Assembly: GCA_034435495.1 (NCBI GenBank)
Contig: DAOTXO010000066.1
Location: forward strand, 12,436-76,435
Direction of reading: 5' to 3'
Length of the DNA stretch: 64,000 nucleotides
From: Anaerolineae bacterium
GTDB lineage: Bacteria; Chloroflexota; Anaerolineae; Promineifilales; Promineifilaceae
Shown here: piece by piece, positions 56,209 through 64,000 of the stretch
How positions within the stretch are numbered: the first letter of the stretch is position 1
Layout: each line of letters begins with the position of its first letter
The notes under the pieces: model-generated
The model's database searches: none
The model's input: only the letters and a program-made list of their open reading frames with translations
Told to the model about the DNA's origin: nothing
Translations under genes and position numbers: made by a program

Positions 56209-57308
56209 AGAAGATAGAGCGAGCCGGTCAAGACCACCAACCCAACGCCGGAGAGAATAAGGCCGGTGTAAGTAGGGGACTCGGCCGGGGGCGACGCTGG
56301 GGGGGCGGTCGCGGTCGTTGCAGCGGGCGAGGCGGCGGCTAATTCAACCGGGGTGGGCGACGGTGGCGGAGGGGTGGGCGGCGCGGGCGTGGCCGTGGGC
56401 ACAGGCGTCGCACTGGGTTCCGGGGTGGACGTGGCAGTGGCGGTGGGCAGTGGCGTGGCGGTGGGCAGCGGCGTCGCTGTCGGCGGCAGGGTGGGAGTGG
56501 CTGTTGGGGTGTTGGTAACAGGCAAGGGGGTGTTGGTGGGTGGGCGCGTCGCCGTTGGCGGCGGCCCCACCAACACCAATGAGGCTTCATCGACATAAAT
56601 GTCGTTGTGGTCGTTGGCAAAATCGGGATTAGAGCGCATGTAGACCGTGATCACATCGTTTTGGGCCACTGCTTCGATGCTCATCACGTACCAGCGATCG
56701 ATGACTTGATCCATGGGGGCTTCAAAAGACCACTGCACGGTGGAGGGGGGCGTAGCCCAGCCCGGATGGGCATCGCCGGTCGGGTCAATACCAATTTGGA
56801 AGTGGGGGTTGGCTGGCCCAACGGAGGTAAAGGGTTCATCTTCCAACGATGACCACACCTGTACCCAGATGGAGAAGCGGTAAGTCTGGCCGGGGGTCAC
56901 GCCCGACACTTGCTGATACATGCCGGCGTAGTGGGATTTGAAAAAGGTGAACCACTGCTGGGCGGACGCACCGGCCACCACACGGTTGGGGTAGAACTGC
57001 ACCTGGGCGTTTTTCCACTCCGGCCGCGCCCAAACGGGATCACGGTTGTTATCCTCCACATACCAGGGCGTCCATTCGGCCGCCACTTGAAGCTCCCCAA
57101 TCCCGTTCCAGGCGCTATAAGGGGCTTCAAAGCCGGGGTTGCGCAGCAAATTGGTTTGGGCAGCGGCCGGCCGACTCAGGGCCCACACCGCGATCACCAT
57201 CAACAATAACATCAGCCGTTGGATTGAACGCATACCTTGACCTTTCTTTGGCAGAGGTTTCGCCAGATAATGTGGGCAGCCTATGAGTCCGGCCGGGGGG
57301 CGGCGCAA
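56193..57308 (-). CDS. surface protein: signal peptide + CBM4/9-like carbohydrate-binding module + Pro/Thr linker + C-terminal TM anchor
   Basis: Signal MRSIQRLMLLLMVIAVWALSRPAAAQ (the start is probably this internal Met, about 57233). NLLRNPGFE... opens a CBM_4_9-like domain. C-terminus LILSGVGLVVLTGSLYLLWRRR. Confidence 0.55.
   Translation of the reverse strand: MRRPPAGLIGCPHYLAKPLPKKGQGMRSIQRLMLLLMVIAVWALSRPAAAQTNLLRNPGFEAPYSAWNGIGELQVAAEWTPWYVEDNNRDPVWARPEWKNAQVQFYPNRVVAGASAQQWFTFFKSHYAGMYQQVSGVTPGQTYRFSIWVQVWSSLEDEPFTSVGPANPHFQIGIDPTGDAHPGWATPPSTVQWSFEAPMDQVIDRWYVMSIEAVAQNDVITVYMRSNPDFANDHNDIYVDEASLVLVGPPPTATRPPTNTPLPVTNTPTATPTLPPTATPLPTATPLPTATATSTPEPSATPVPTATPAPPTPPPPSPTPVELAAASPAATTATAPPASPPAESPTYTGLILSGVGLVVLTGSLYLLWRRR
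56318..56528 (-). repeat. Pro/Thr/Ala-rich low-complexity coding repeat in the CBM surface-protein gene
   Basis: Encodes PTNTPLPVTNTPTATPTLPPTATPLPTATPLPTATATSTPEPSATPVPTATP. It produces spurious antisense ORFs. Confidence 0.5.
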
Positions 57309-57337
57309 GTGGCTGCCAGCTGATAGACTGCGCCAGT

Positions 57338-58798
57338 CTATTCCTCTGGGGCGGCCAGCGGCGTGGGCGTAGTGTTGCCGGTTCCCAAAACGGGCAGATC
57401 GGGGTTAATCGCCCCCACCCCCAGCGGCGTCCACTTTTGCGCCACCTCACCGCTGCGCAGGCGATGTTCCGCTCCGCCGCGGGCATGAATTTCTTCAAAA
57501 CCATCCGGTGCAATGTACATCTGGCGCGACTCAAGGAGGCCTAGAATACCCTCTTGCCCCGGCTCCGGCCGCCGGGCAATAAGCGATTCCTGGTGGCTGA
57601 TGATATGGGGATCGTAATCTTCTGGTTCCTGATAGGTGGTGATAAAGCCTTCAAAGTTGCGCAAAACTGTTTTGCTATATCCCTGCGCCAGTACATAGTT
57701 AGGGGTAACCGGAATCTTCCCCCCACCCCCGGGCGCATCCACCACATAGGTGGGCACAGCATAGCCAGAGGTGTGGCCGCGCAGCCCTTCGATAATCTCG
57801 ATGCCTTTGCTGATGGTGGTACGGAAATGGCCTGAACCTTCCACCAGATCGCATTGATACAGATAATAGGGCCGGACGCGAATCTTAACCAGATCGTGTA
57901 CCAGTCGGCGTTGCAGATGCACCGAATCGTTGACGCCGGCCAACAACACGCTTTGGTTGCCCAGTGGCACGCCGGCGCGGGTCAAACGGTCACAGGCGGC
58001 CGCCAGTTCCGGCGTGATCTCTTTGTGGTGGTTGACGTGGATGTTCATCCAAAATGGATGGTATTTCGACACCATCTCGCAGAACTCTTCCGTCACCCGC
58101 ATGGGCAAAAAGACAGGCACGCGCGAGCCAATTCGAATAATTTCAATGTGGGGAATATCACGCAAGCCCTGCAAGATGTAGTCCAAAACGGTTGGCTGTA
58201 AAACCATCGGGTCCCCGCCAGACAGCAAAACATCGCGCACCTGGGGGGTGCGGCGCAAATAGTCCAGCTGCAGCTCGAACTCCGCCCGGCTAAATGTTTG
58301 GGTGGGGTCGCCCACAATGCGGCTGCGGGTGCAGTAGCGGCAGTAGCTGGCACACTGGGTTGTGACGAGCATCAGGACACGGTCGGGATAGCGATGCACC
58401 AATCCAGGAACGGGGGAGTGGCGATCCTCCGCCAACGAATCTTCCATCATGGATTTGAAGGGTACCATTTCAGCCGCCGTCGGTAAAACCTGGCGGCGCA
58501 CCGGGCAGTTGATGTCGTCGGGGTCGATCAGGCTGGCAAAATAGGGGGTGATATCTACCCGAAACAGGCCGGGTGTGCTGAGCGCTTTGCGCTCAGAATC
58601 GGTCAAATTGACTACCTGCTCCAACTCTTGCACGCTATTGAGGCGATTCGCCATTTGCCAGCGCCAATCCAACCACTGTTCATCAGGCACCTCGCTCCAA
58701 TACGGAGCACGGGTGGTCACCTGGGACACCAGCGGTTTATCTGGGTTTCTGGGGGGTCGATAGGGCTTGTGGGCTTGATATTTACTTTGCGGTGGCAT
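57338..58798 (-). CDS. KamA-family radical-SAM aminomutase (lysine 2,3-aminomutase-like) with C-terminal extension
   Basis: CASYCRYCTRS is the CxxxCxxC cluster. Also conserved LLSGGDP, GNQSVLL.GVND; PLP Lys region. Confidence 0.85.
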   Translation of the reverse strand: MPPQSKYQAHKPYRPPRNPDKPLVSQVTTRAPYWSEVPDEQWLDWRWQMANRLNSVQELEQVVNLTDSERKALSTPGLFRVDITPYFASLIDPDDINCPVRRQVLPTAAEMVPFKSMMEDSLAEDRHSPVPGLVHRYPDRVLMLVTTQCASYCRYCTRSRIVGDPTQTFSRAEFELQLDYLRRTPQVRDVLLSGGDPMVLQPTVLDYILQGLRDIPHIEIIRIGSRVPVFLPMRVTEEFCEMVSKYHPFWMNIHVNHHKEITPELAAACDRLTRAGVPLGNQSVLLAGVNDSVHLQRRLVHDLVKIRVRPYYLYQCDLVEGSGHFRTTISKGIEIIEGLRGHTSGYAVPTYVVDAPGGGGKIPVTPNYVLAQGYSKTVLRNFEGFITTYQEPEDYDPHIISHQESLIARRPEPGQEGILGLLESRQMYIAPDGFEEIHARGGAEHRLRSGEVAQKWTPLGVGAINPDLPVLGTGNTTPTPLAAPEE

Positions 58799-59015
58799 GG
58801 GCTACACTCCTCTTTCTTGACGCCATGGCTCCACTCTGGAGCCTGTACACCTAGCCCTCAATTGTACGTTTGTTCAGAGAGGCAAGCAATGTCATGGGTC
58901 AGCGCATCGGGCTTGTCTAAGGGCCGGTTCAAGAATGGGGCGGCGGATGGGGTGCAAGGTTGTTTTTTTGAGCTAATGGGGTTTAATAACAGGCAGCATC
59001 CGGGTTGTCGAGCGG

Positions 59016-59660
59016 GTGCGGCAAGGGTGTATGGGTATGATTCTGGCGGTTGAATGGCTGGAGCAGTTAACCTTTTTACAACATGATTGGGTGACCCTTC
59101 TGATTTTGCTCAGTATTGCGCTGATCTGGATAACCAGGGATTGGCGCTGGGCCTTGCTGGCGTTACTGATCCAATATATCTTCAGCACTGTTCTGTTTCT
59201 GGAGTTGGCTTCCCCCCAGCTGGCGGCAGTGCAGTTGGTTGGCGGGCTGTTCGCCTGGCTGGTGCTGGCTTTCACAGCGGCCCAACTTCAGTGGGGGCAA
59301 GGAGTGACGCCACCAGCGGGCCTTGACCAACGTCGCTGGGTGTGGATCGTCGGAGCAGCGGCCGGGTTGGGGATTGTCTGGCTGGCCGCCGGCCGGCCGG
59401 AGTGGCAGCTGGCCATTGCACCGCCCCATCTAAACCGGCCGATCTTCGCTCTGGGTGGCCTGGGGGCCTTTCTGGCCCTGACCAGCGAGGAGCCATGGCG
59501 CGCTGGCCTGGGGTTACTTTTGTTTCTGCGGGGCTTTGCCCTCTACTACCATTCCCTGCAACAATCGCTGGTGGTGTTGGGCTTCCTGGTGGGGGTCGAT
59601 CTGCTGACAGCGCTGGCAACCAGCTATCTGATGCTGGCGCGCTACGGGGCTTCCCGATGA
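59016..59660 (+). CDS. hypothetical polytopic membrane protein (about 6 TM); start may be internal (MGMILAVEW, 59031)
   Basis: Hydrophobic helices throughout. Stop overlaps the next start (ATGA at 59657-59660). Confidence 0.4.
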   Translation: MRQGCMGMILAVEWLEQLTFLQHDWVTLLILLSIALIWITRDWRWALLALLIQYIFSTVLFLELASPQLAAVQLVGGLFAWLVLAFTAAQLQWGQGVTPPAGLDQRRWVWIVGAAAGLGIVWLAAGRPEWQLAIAPPHLNRPIFALGGLGAFLALTSEEPWRAGLGLLLFLRGFALYYHSLQQSLVVLGFLVGVDLLTALATSYLMLARYGASR

Positions 59661-61048
59661 TCTCAGGCCCCGCCCTGGCGCTGGTCGGCCCTCTGACGCC
59701 AGCCATCATCACCTACCTGTTGCGGCGTTGGCCTTTGCTGGCCGGGTTGGTTGGTGCCTTGTTGTTGCTGGCGCTGGCTGCCATTATAGGCGTCATGCCA
59801 TTGGAAACCTCCGTCCTGCCCGGCTCGACCGCTCTCTTCGCCGGTCAAACATGGCAGGCGTTGGGGCAAACGGTGGTGTTATCCGTTGGCGTGCGCGCCG
59901 CCCTGGTGGGGCTGTATGTGGGAACGGCCGTGCTGTGCCTGGCGGCGGCGCTGTTACCTCAACGACCAGACTTTATCCCTGTGATGCTGCTGACATTAAC
60001 CCCTCTGGCAGCCGCCCTGATGCTGGGAAGTTCCTCCTTCGGCGTTCTGCTGTTGGTGGTGGTAGCCGGTCTAGCCGTGTGGCTGGCCCCGGCCGGCCGC
60101 GCCGCCTTGCGCTATCTGGTCGTTTTCGTTCTGGCGGCTGCCTGCCTGCTCGTGGTGGCCTGGATGGCGCAAAGCCATTTGGTCGCCCTGTCCTCCACCG
60201 CCTGGCGACTCTTCTTGCCCGCCGCGGCGCTGCTGTTGGCCGGATTCCCCGTCTACTTCTGGGTTTCACTCCTGTTGGAAGAGACGCCGGCGCTGGTGTG
60301 GGCTTTTCTGCTGGGTGTGGTACAGCTGGGCGTGTTCCTGCTGGTTGCCAGCTTTCTCCTGTCCAATCAGGTTTTGGCGCGCCAGACCTTTTTGCTCAAT
60401 GCTCTGCAAGCCAGCGGCGCTGCTACAGTGGCCGCTGCCGGACTGTTAGCCTGGCAACCCTGGTTAGGCGGCAACTGGTCTGAGATGCGCCTGGGTCAGG
60501 CCCTCACCCACCTGATCCTGGTGGATATGGGCGCAACGCTCATGCTGCTGGGTCTCGATCCGGCGGGTAGTCTGGAGCTGTTACTGACGCAACATCTGGC
60601 CCGTTTTATCGCTCTGTTGCTGGCAGCTATCGGCCTGGACGGGTTGTCCCGGCGGGAGACTTCGGTGGTGACCGGGGCAGCGCGACACGCTCCCTGGGCA
60701 GCCATCCTTTTCCTCTACGGTGGTTTGTCGCTGGCCGGTCTACCTCTGACGCCGGGCTTTGCGGCGCGTTGGGCCATCATCCAAACGTTGGGGGCGCAAG
60801 AGGTAGGGCTGGTCATCTTGCTCTTGCTGGCCGCTATCAGCGGCGTGGCCCTGCTGGCGCGGGTGGGGGTGGAACTATGGCCGGCCGGTGTATCTGGCGA
60901 CGATTGGCGCGCCAGCGTGCAAATCCATCTCATCACCGCCAGCCTGTATGCCGTTGCCGGGCTGATAGGGCTCGGAGTGGCCCTGATACCCGGCCCCCTT
61001 TTGAGTTACAGTCGGCTACTGGCGCAACGCTGGCTAGAAGCGGGTTGA
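59657..61048 (+). CDS. divergent NuoN/NuoM/MrpD-family (PF00361-like) proton-conducting membrane transporter subunit homolog
   Basis: 464 aa, about 14 TM. GFPVYFWVSLLLEETPALVWAFL resembles the PFHFWxPDxYEGAPTPVSALL core but lacks the PD. YGGLSLAGLPLTPGFAARWAII resembles the LSLAGIPPLSGFxSK hallmark. The listed ORF start (59342) overlaps the previous gene; ATG 59657 fits the coupling. Confidence 0.5.
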   Translation: MISGPALALVGPLTPAIITYLLRRWPLLAGLVGALLLLALAAIIGVMPLETSVLPGSTALFAGQTWQALGQTVVLSVGVRAALVGLYVGTAVLCLAAALLPQRPDFIPVMLLTLTPLAAALMLGSSSFGVLLLVVVAGLAVWLAPAGRAALRYLVVFVLAAACLLVVAWMAQSHLVALSSTAWRLFLPAAALLLAGFPVYFWVSLLLEETPALVWAFLLGVVQLGVFLLVASFLLSNQVLARQTFLLNALQASGAATVAAAGLLAWQPWLGGNWSEMRLGQALTHLILVDMGATLMLLGLDPAGSLELLLTQHLARFIALLLAAIGLDGLSRRETSVVTGAARHAPWAAILFLYGGLSLAGLPLTPGFAARWAIIQTLGAQEVGLVILLLLAAISGVALLARVGVELWPAGVSGDDWRASVQIHLITASLYAVAGLIGLGVALIPGPLLSYSRLLAQRWLEAG

Positions 61049-61068
61049 GCCGGCCGTTACATGTCTAC

Positions 61069-61569
61069 ATGATGCTTCACTGGTACGCCTTGCACACTAA
61101 ACCCCACAAAGAACGTCAGGTAGCTCAGTTGCTGGCTTCCCTGGCGGCTCCCTTCTTCCTACCCTTGGTGTACGTTCAACCCAAAAACCCACGCGCTGCC
61201 AAACAACGCCCCTATTTCCCCGGCTATCTTTTTGTCCAGGCCAATCTAGTAGATGTTGGCCTCAACTACTTCAACTGGATGGAAGGGGTGCATGGGCTGG
61301 TGACTTTTGGTGACACACCGGCCGTGGTATCCAATGAGCTGATTCAAGCTCTGGAGCAACACCTACAGCGCCTCAATGCTCGCGGTGGGCTGGCGCACCT
61401 TCGTCCAGGGGATACGGTTGCGATTGTCAGCGGCCCTTTAGTCGGTCACACAGGCCTCTTCGATGCCTATCTGCCCGGCCGCGACCGGGTACGAATCCTG
61501 CTAACCTATCTGAATCAAAGCCAGCTAGTCGTGAACCTGAATGCCGGGGACATTGGCCAAAAGCTTTAG
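61069..61569 (+). CDS. specialised NusG paralog (NGN + KOW; RfaH/UpxY/LoaP-like transcription antiterminator)
   Basis: NGN motifs WYALHTKPHKE and FPGYLFV. KOW motif GDTVAIVSGPLVGHTGLF. 166 aa. Sits immediately upstream of nucleotide-sugar genes. Confidence 0.7.
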   Translation: MMLHWYALHTKPHKERQVAQLLASLAAPFFLPLVYVQPKNPRAAKQRPYFPGYLFVQANLVDVGLNYFNWMEGVHGLVTFGDTPAVVSNELIQALEQHLQRLNARGGLAHLRPGDTVAIVSGPLVGHTGLFDAYLPGRDRVRILLTYLNQSQLVVNLNAGDIGQKL

Positions 61570-61594
61570 CCATCCGCCTCTCCCCACTAAACTT

Positions 61595-62905
61595 ATGATC
61601 AGCGCTAAACAACATCTTCTCGACAAAATTGCTGCCCGTCAAGCTCGCGTCGGCGTAGTGGGCATTGGCTATGTTGGCCTGCCATTGGCCGTGGCTTTTG
61701 CCCAGGCTGGTTTTCAGGTCTTAGGGATCGATGTCGATCCCCAGCGTGTGGAGAGCCTCAATCAGGCCCACAGCTACATCGGCGATGTGCGCGACACAGA
61801 GCTGCAGCCTCTGGTAGCCAGCGGCCGGCTGAGTGCCTCGCTCGATTATGCTGCGCTGACAGATGTAGACGCCATCTCTATCTGTGTTCCCACGCCGCTG
61901 CGCAAAACCAAAGACCCCGATGTCTCTTACATCATTGACGCCGCTGACAGCATCGCGCGCTATGGCGGGGGGCGGGGCAAAGTGATTGTCCTGGAGAGCA
62001 CCACCTATCCCGGCACTACCGAAGAGGTGATCCTGCCCCGGCTGGCCTCCAACGGCGATCAGGTGGGGCGCGACTTCTTCCTGGCCTTTTCACCGGAGCG
62101 CATCGACCCCGGCCGCACCGACTACACCATTTTGACCACCCCCAAAGTCATTGGGGGGGCGACTCCCGACTGCCTGGATGTGGCGATGGCCTTATATGGA
62201 AGCATTGTGGCCCAACCGGTTCCTGTCTCCAACACCGCCGCGGCTGAAATGGTCAAGTTGCTGGAAAATACCTTTCGCGCCGTCAACATCGCCATGGTCA
62301 ATGAAATGGCCCTGATGTGCGACAAACTAGGCCTGGATGTGTGGGAAGTCATCAGCGCTGCGGCCACCAAACCGTATGGGTTTATGCCGTTCTACCCTGG
62401 GCCGGGGCTGGGCGGGCATTGTATCCCCATCGATCCCCATTATCTGAGTTGGAAGCTGCGCACCCTAAACTACACCGCCCGCTTCATTGAGCTGGCGGCA
62501 GAAGTCAACGCCGCCATGCCGCATTATGTAGTAGGCAAGGTAGTGGACGCCCTCAACGACCGCAGGCAAGCGGTGCGTGGCAGCCGCATTCTCATTCTGG
62601 GGGTGGCCTACAAACCCAATGTCAGTGATGTACGCGAAAGCCCAGCGCTGGACATTCTGCATTTGTTGCAGGCGCGCGGCGCTCTGGTGGCTTATCACGA
62701 TCCCTATGTGCCGGATCTGACGCCTGAAGGCGTGCCGCTGCAAGCTGCCGAATGGAGCTCGGAGCTGTTGCAAACGGCCGATTGTGTGGTGGTGGTCACC
62801 AATCATCAAGTGTACGATTGGGATGACATTGCCGCTCAGGCGCGCCTGATTGTGGATACGCGCAATGCCATTTCCGTTCGTCAACCCCACATTGTGCGCC
62901 TCTAG
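61595..62905 (+). CDS. nucleotide-sugar 6-dehydrogenase, TviB/WbpA-like (UDP-GlcNAc or UDP-Glc dehydrogenase family)
   Basis: RVGVVGIGYVGLPLAVAFAQAGFQVLGIDVD N-terminus resembles TviB. Catalytic Cys region GLGGHCIPID. Start chosen at ATG 61595; the alternative ATG 61541 overlaps the NusG-like gene. Confidence 0.85.
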   Translation: MISAKQHLLDKIAARQARVGVVGIGYVGLPLAVAFAQAGFQVLGIDVDPQRVESLNQAHSYIGDVRDTELQPLVASGRLSASLDYAALTDVDAISICVPTPLRKTKDPDVSYIIDAADSIARYGGGRGKVIVLESTTYPGTTEEVILPRLASNGDQVGRDFFLAFSPERIDPGRTDYTILTTPKVIGGATPDCLDVAMALYGSIVAQPVPVSNTAAAEMVKLLENTFRAVNIAMVNEMALMCDKLGLDVWEVISAAATKPYGFMPFYPGPGLGGHCIPIDPHYLSWKLRTLNYTARFIELAAEVNAAMPHYVVGKVVDALNDRRQAVRGSRILILGVAYKPNVSDVRESPALDILHLLQARGALVAYHDPYVPDLTPEGVPLQAAEWSSELLQTADCVVVVTNHQVYDWDDIAAQARLIVDTRNAISVRQPHIVRL

Positions 62906-62929
62906 CAGGCCGGGGCGGGGTGAGCCACT

Positions 62930-63865
62930 ATGCGGGTCCTCATCACAGGCGGGGCGGGGTTCATTGGCTCCCATCTGGCAGACGCTTTTTTAGCCCAGGG
63001 TCACACTGTTCGCGTTCTGGATAATTTGAGTCGTGGTTCGCTGACGAATCTGGCAACAGCCCAGGTGCAGCTGCTTCGGGGAGATGTCACTGACCTGACG
63101 ACGGTGCATCAGGCGGTCGCCGGTTGCGATGCGGTTGTTCACCTGGCCGCGCTGGCGAACGTCCCCCAATCGCTGGCGCAGCCGGAGCTGAATCATCACG
63201 TCAATGTCACCGGCATGTTTCATGTTGTCGAAGCGGCGCGGTTGGCCGGTATCCGACGGGTGGTGTACGCTTCCTCAGCCGCGGTGTATGGGAATCTGCC
63301 CGGCCTACCCAAGCGAGAACGCGACCCGCTGAGACCGCTCTCGCCCTACGGGGCCGCCAAAGTTATGAACGAAACCTGCGCCACCCTGTATAATACGGCT
63401 TATGGAATGGAGTGCGTGGGGGTACGGTGCATGAATGTCTATGGCCCCCGCCAAGACCCTTCTTCCCCTTATTCGGGCGTGCTGTCTCTCTTCGGCCGGG
63501 CGGCTATCCGCGGCGAGCCGATCACACTTTTAGGCGACGGGGAACAGAGCCGGGATTTTGTGTATGTGGGGGATGTGGCGCATAGTTTGTTGGCGATCAC
63601 CTGCGCCCCTTTTCAACCGGAGCGCGCCATCCTCAACCTGGGGCGGGGTGAGGCGGTAACGCTCAGACAGGTTATCGGCGCGTTGGAGGAGTTGATCGGC
63701 CGGCCGCTAAGCATTGTGCACCGGCCGGCGCGCCCCGGCGATATTCGCCATTCGTGCGCCGACATCAGTCGGTTGATAGATTGGGTTGGCGCGCCGCCGC
63801 CGACCGACCTAAAAACAGGGCTGGCGCAAACCTTGAGATGGTTAGCCGGCCACAGCGCAGACTAA
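62930..63865 (+). CDS. NAD-dependent epimerase/dehydratase (extended SDR; TviC/WbpP-like UDP-sugar 4-epimerase)
   Basis: VLITGGAGFIGSHL...LDNLSRG; catalytic YxxxK (SPYGAAK). Confidence 0.85.
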   Translation: MRVLITGGAGFIGSHLADAFLAQGHTVRVLDNLSRGSLTNLATAQVQLLRGDVTDLTTVHQAVAGCDAVVHLAALANVPQSLAQPELNHHVNVTGMFHVVEAARLAGIRRVVYASSAAVYGNLPGLPKRERDPLRPLSPYGAAKVMNETCATLYNTAYGMECVGVRCMNVYGPRQDPSSPYSGVLSLFGRAAIRGEPITLLGDGEQSRDFVYVGDVAHSLLAITCAPFQPERAILNLGRGEAVTLRQVIGALEELIGRPLSIVHRPARPGDIRHSCADISRLIDWVGAPPPTDLKTGLAQTLRWLAGHSAD

Positions 63866-64000
63866 ATACAGGGCGTTCGCTCAAATGAGAGAGCAAAAGC
63901 CAAAAAGAGGGAACTTTGTCAGGGAAGCAAGTGAGACAAACAGCTAAACAGACAAAATAACCTCGAAAAACAGCACCTTACCAATCAAATATCGTCACCA

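Noticed and set aside
56339-56620. Plus- and minus-strand ORFs (56353-56598 +, 56339-56620 -) with VGVAVG / PPRPRP repeats
   Set aside because: These are alternative-frame and antisense readings of the PT-rich linker of the CBM surface-protein gene.
58799-59015. Hairpin GGCTCCA ctc TGGAGCC and a T7 run in the kamA/membrane-gene divergent gap
   Set aside because: Short stem, and the T-run is not adjacent to it. More likely promoter-region AT-richness than a discrete element.
59342-59656. 5' extension of the PF00361-like ORF (MDRRSSGRVGD...)
   Set aside because: It overlaps the preceding membrane-protein gene in a different frame and is Arg/Gly-rich. ATG 59657 with an ATGA stop/start overlap is the more plausible start.

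Overview
This is a high-GC (~63-65% by eye) bacterial chromosomal segment. Gene content and codon usage look like a filamentous Chloroflexi-type genome. About 55 protein genes are packed tightly, many with 4-bp ATGA start/stop overlaps, plus one tRNA-Ser(CGA). I found no rRNA, CRISPR array, transposase, integrase or reverse transcriptase. Recognisable content, in order:
- a truncated peptide-type ABC substrate-binding protein and a dienelactone hydrolase;
- a secreted PHB-depolymerase-like esterase;
- two paralogous OmpR/histidine-kinase two-component systems, one next to an HtrA protease and the other in an operon with a GNAT protein and a RidA carrying a poly-lysine tail;
- TrkA/TrkH potassium uptake, a CocE/NonD hydrolase, ComM, a DAG-kinase-like lipid kinase and threonine aldolase;
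- a 1120-aa receptor Ser/Thr kinase (kinase-FHA-TM-TSP3 repeats-CBM9-like);
- a class-A beta-lactamase-like lipoprotein, a LOG-family protein and a CrtI-like oxidoreductase;
- a three-gene partner-switching operon (STAS antagonist / RsbW-like kinase fused to STAS / membrane GAF-PP2C phosphatase) with no sigma factor in cis;
- QueG, a fused 2-oxoacid dehydrogenase E1 alpha-beta, and an M14-like/beta-propeller/M23 lipoprotein;
- flotillin plus NfeD, an AI-2E transporter, ProC, PhaR and MutS2;
- an orphan Wzt-like ABC ATPase, a secreted GH-clan-A-like protein with CARDB, and a GT-C membrane glycosyltransferase;
- DUF1684, DsbA, and a tRNA-Ser / TadA / DNPH1(Rcl)-like / CBM surface protein / KamA minus-strand cluster;
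- a two-gene membrane module with a degenerate NuoN/MrpD (PF00361)-like subunit directly upstream of a specialised NusG paralog (RfaH/UpxY-like) and TviB/TviC-like UDP-sugar dehydrogenase and epimerase genes.
The window ends in an abrupt AT-rich stretch.
Candidates most worth a second look: the sigma-less partner-switch with the kinase-STAS fusion; the PF00361-like membrane pair next to the NusG paralog and polysaccharide genes; the tadA / DNPH1-like / tRNA cluster; a stand-alone 41-aa membrane peptide transcription unit; and the strong over-representation of the palindromic octamer GGCCGGCC throughout the window. All calls come from reading the translations and DNA by eye; no database search was run.
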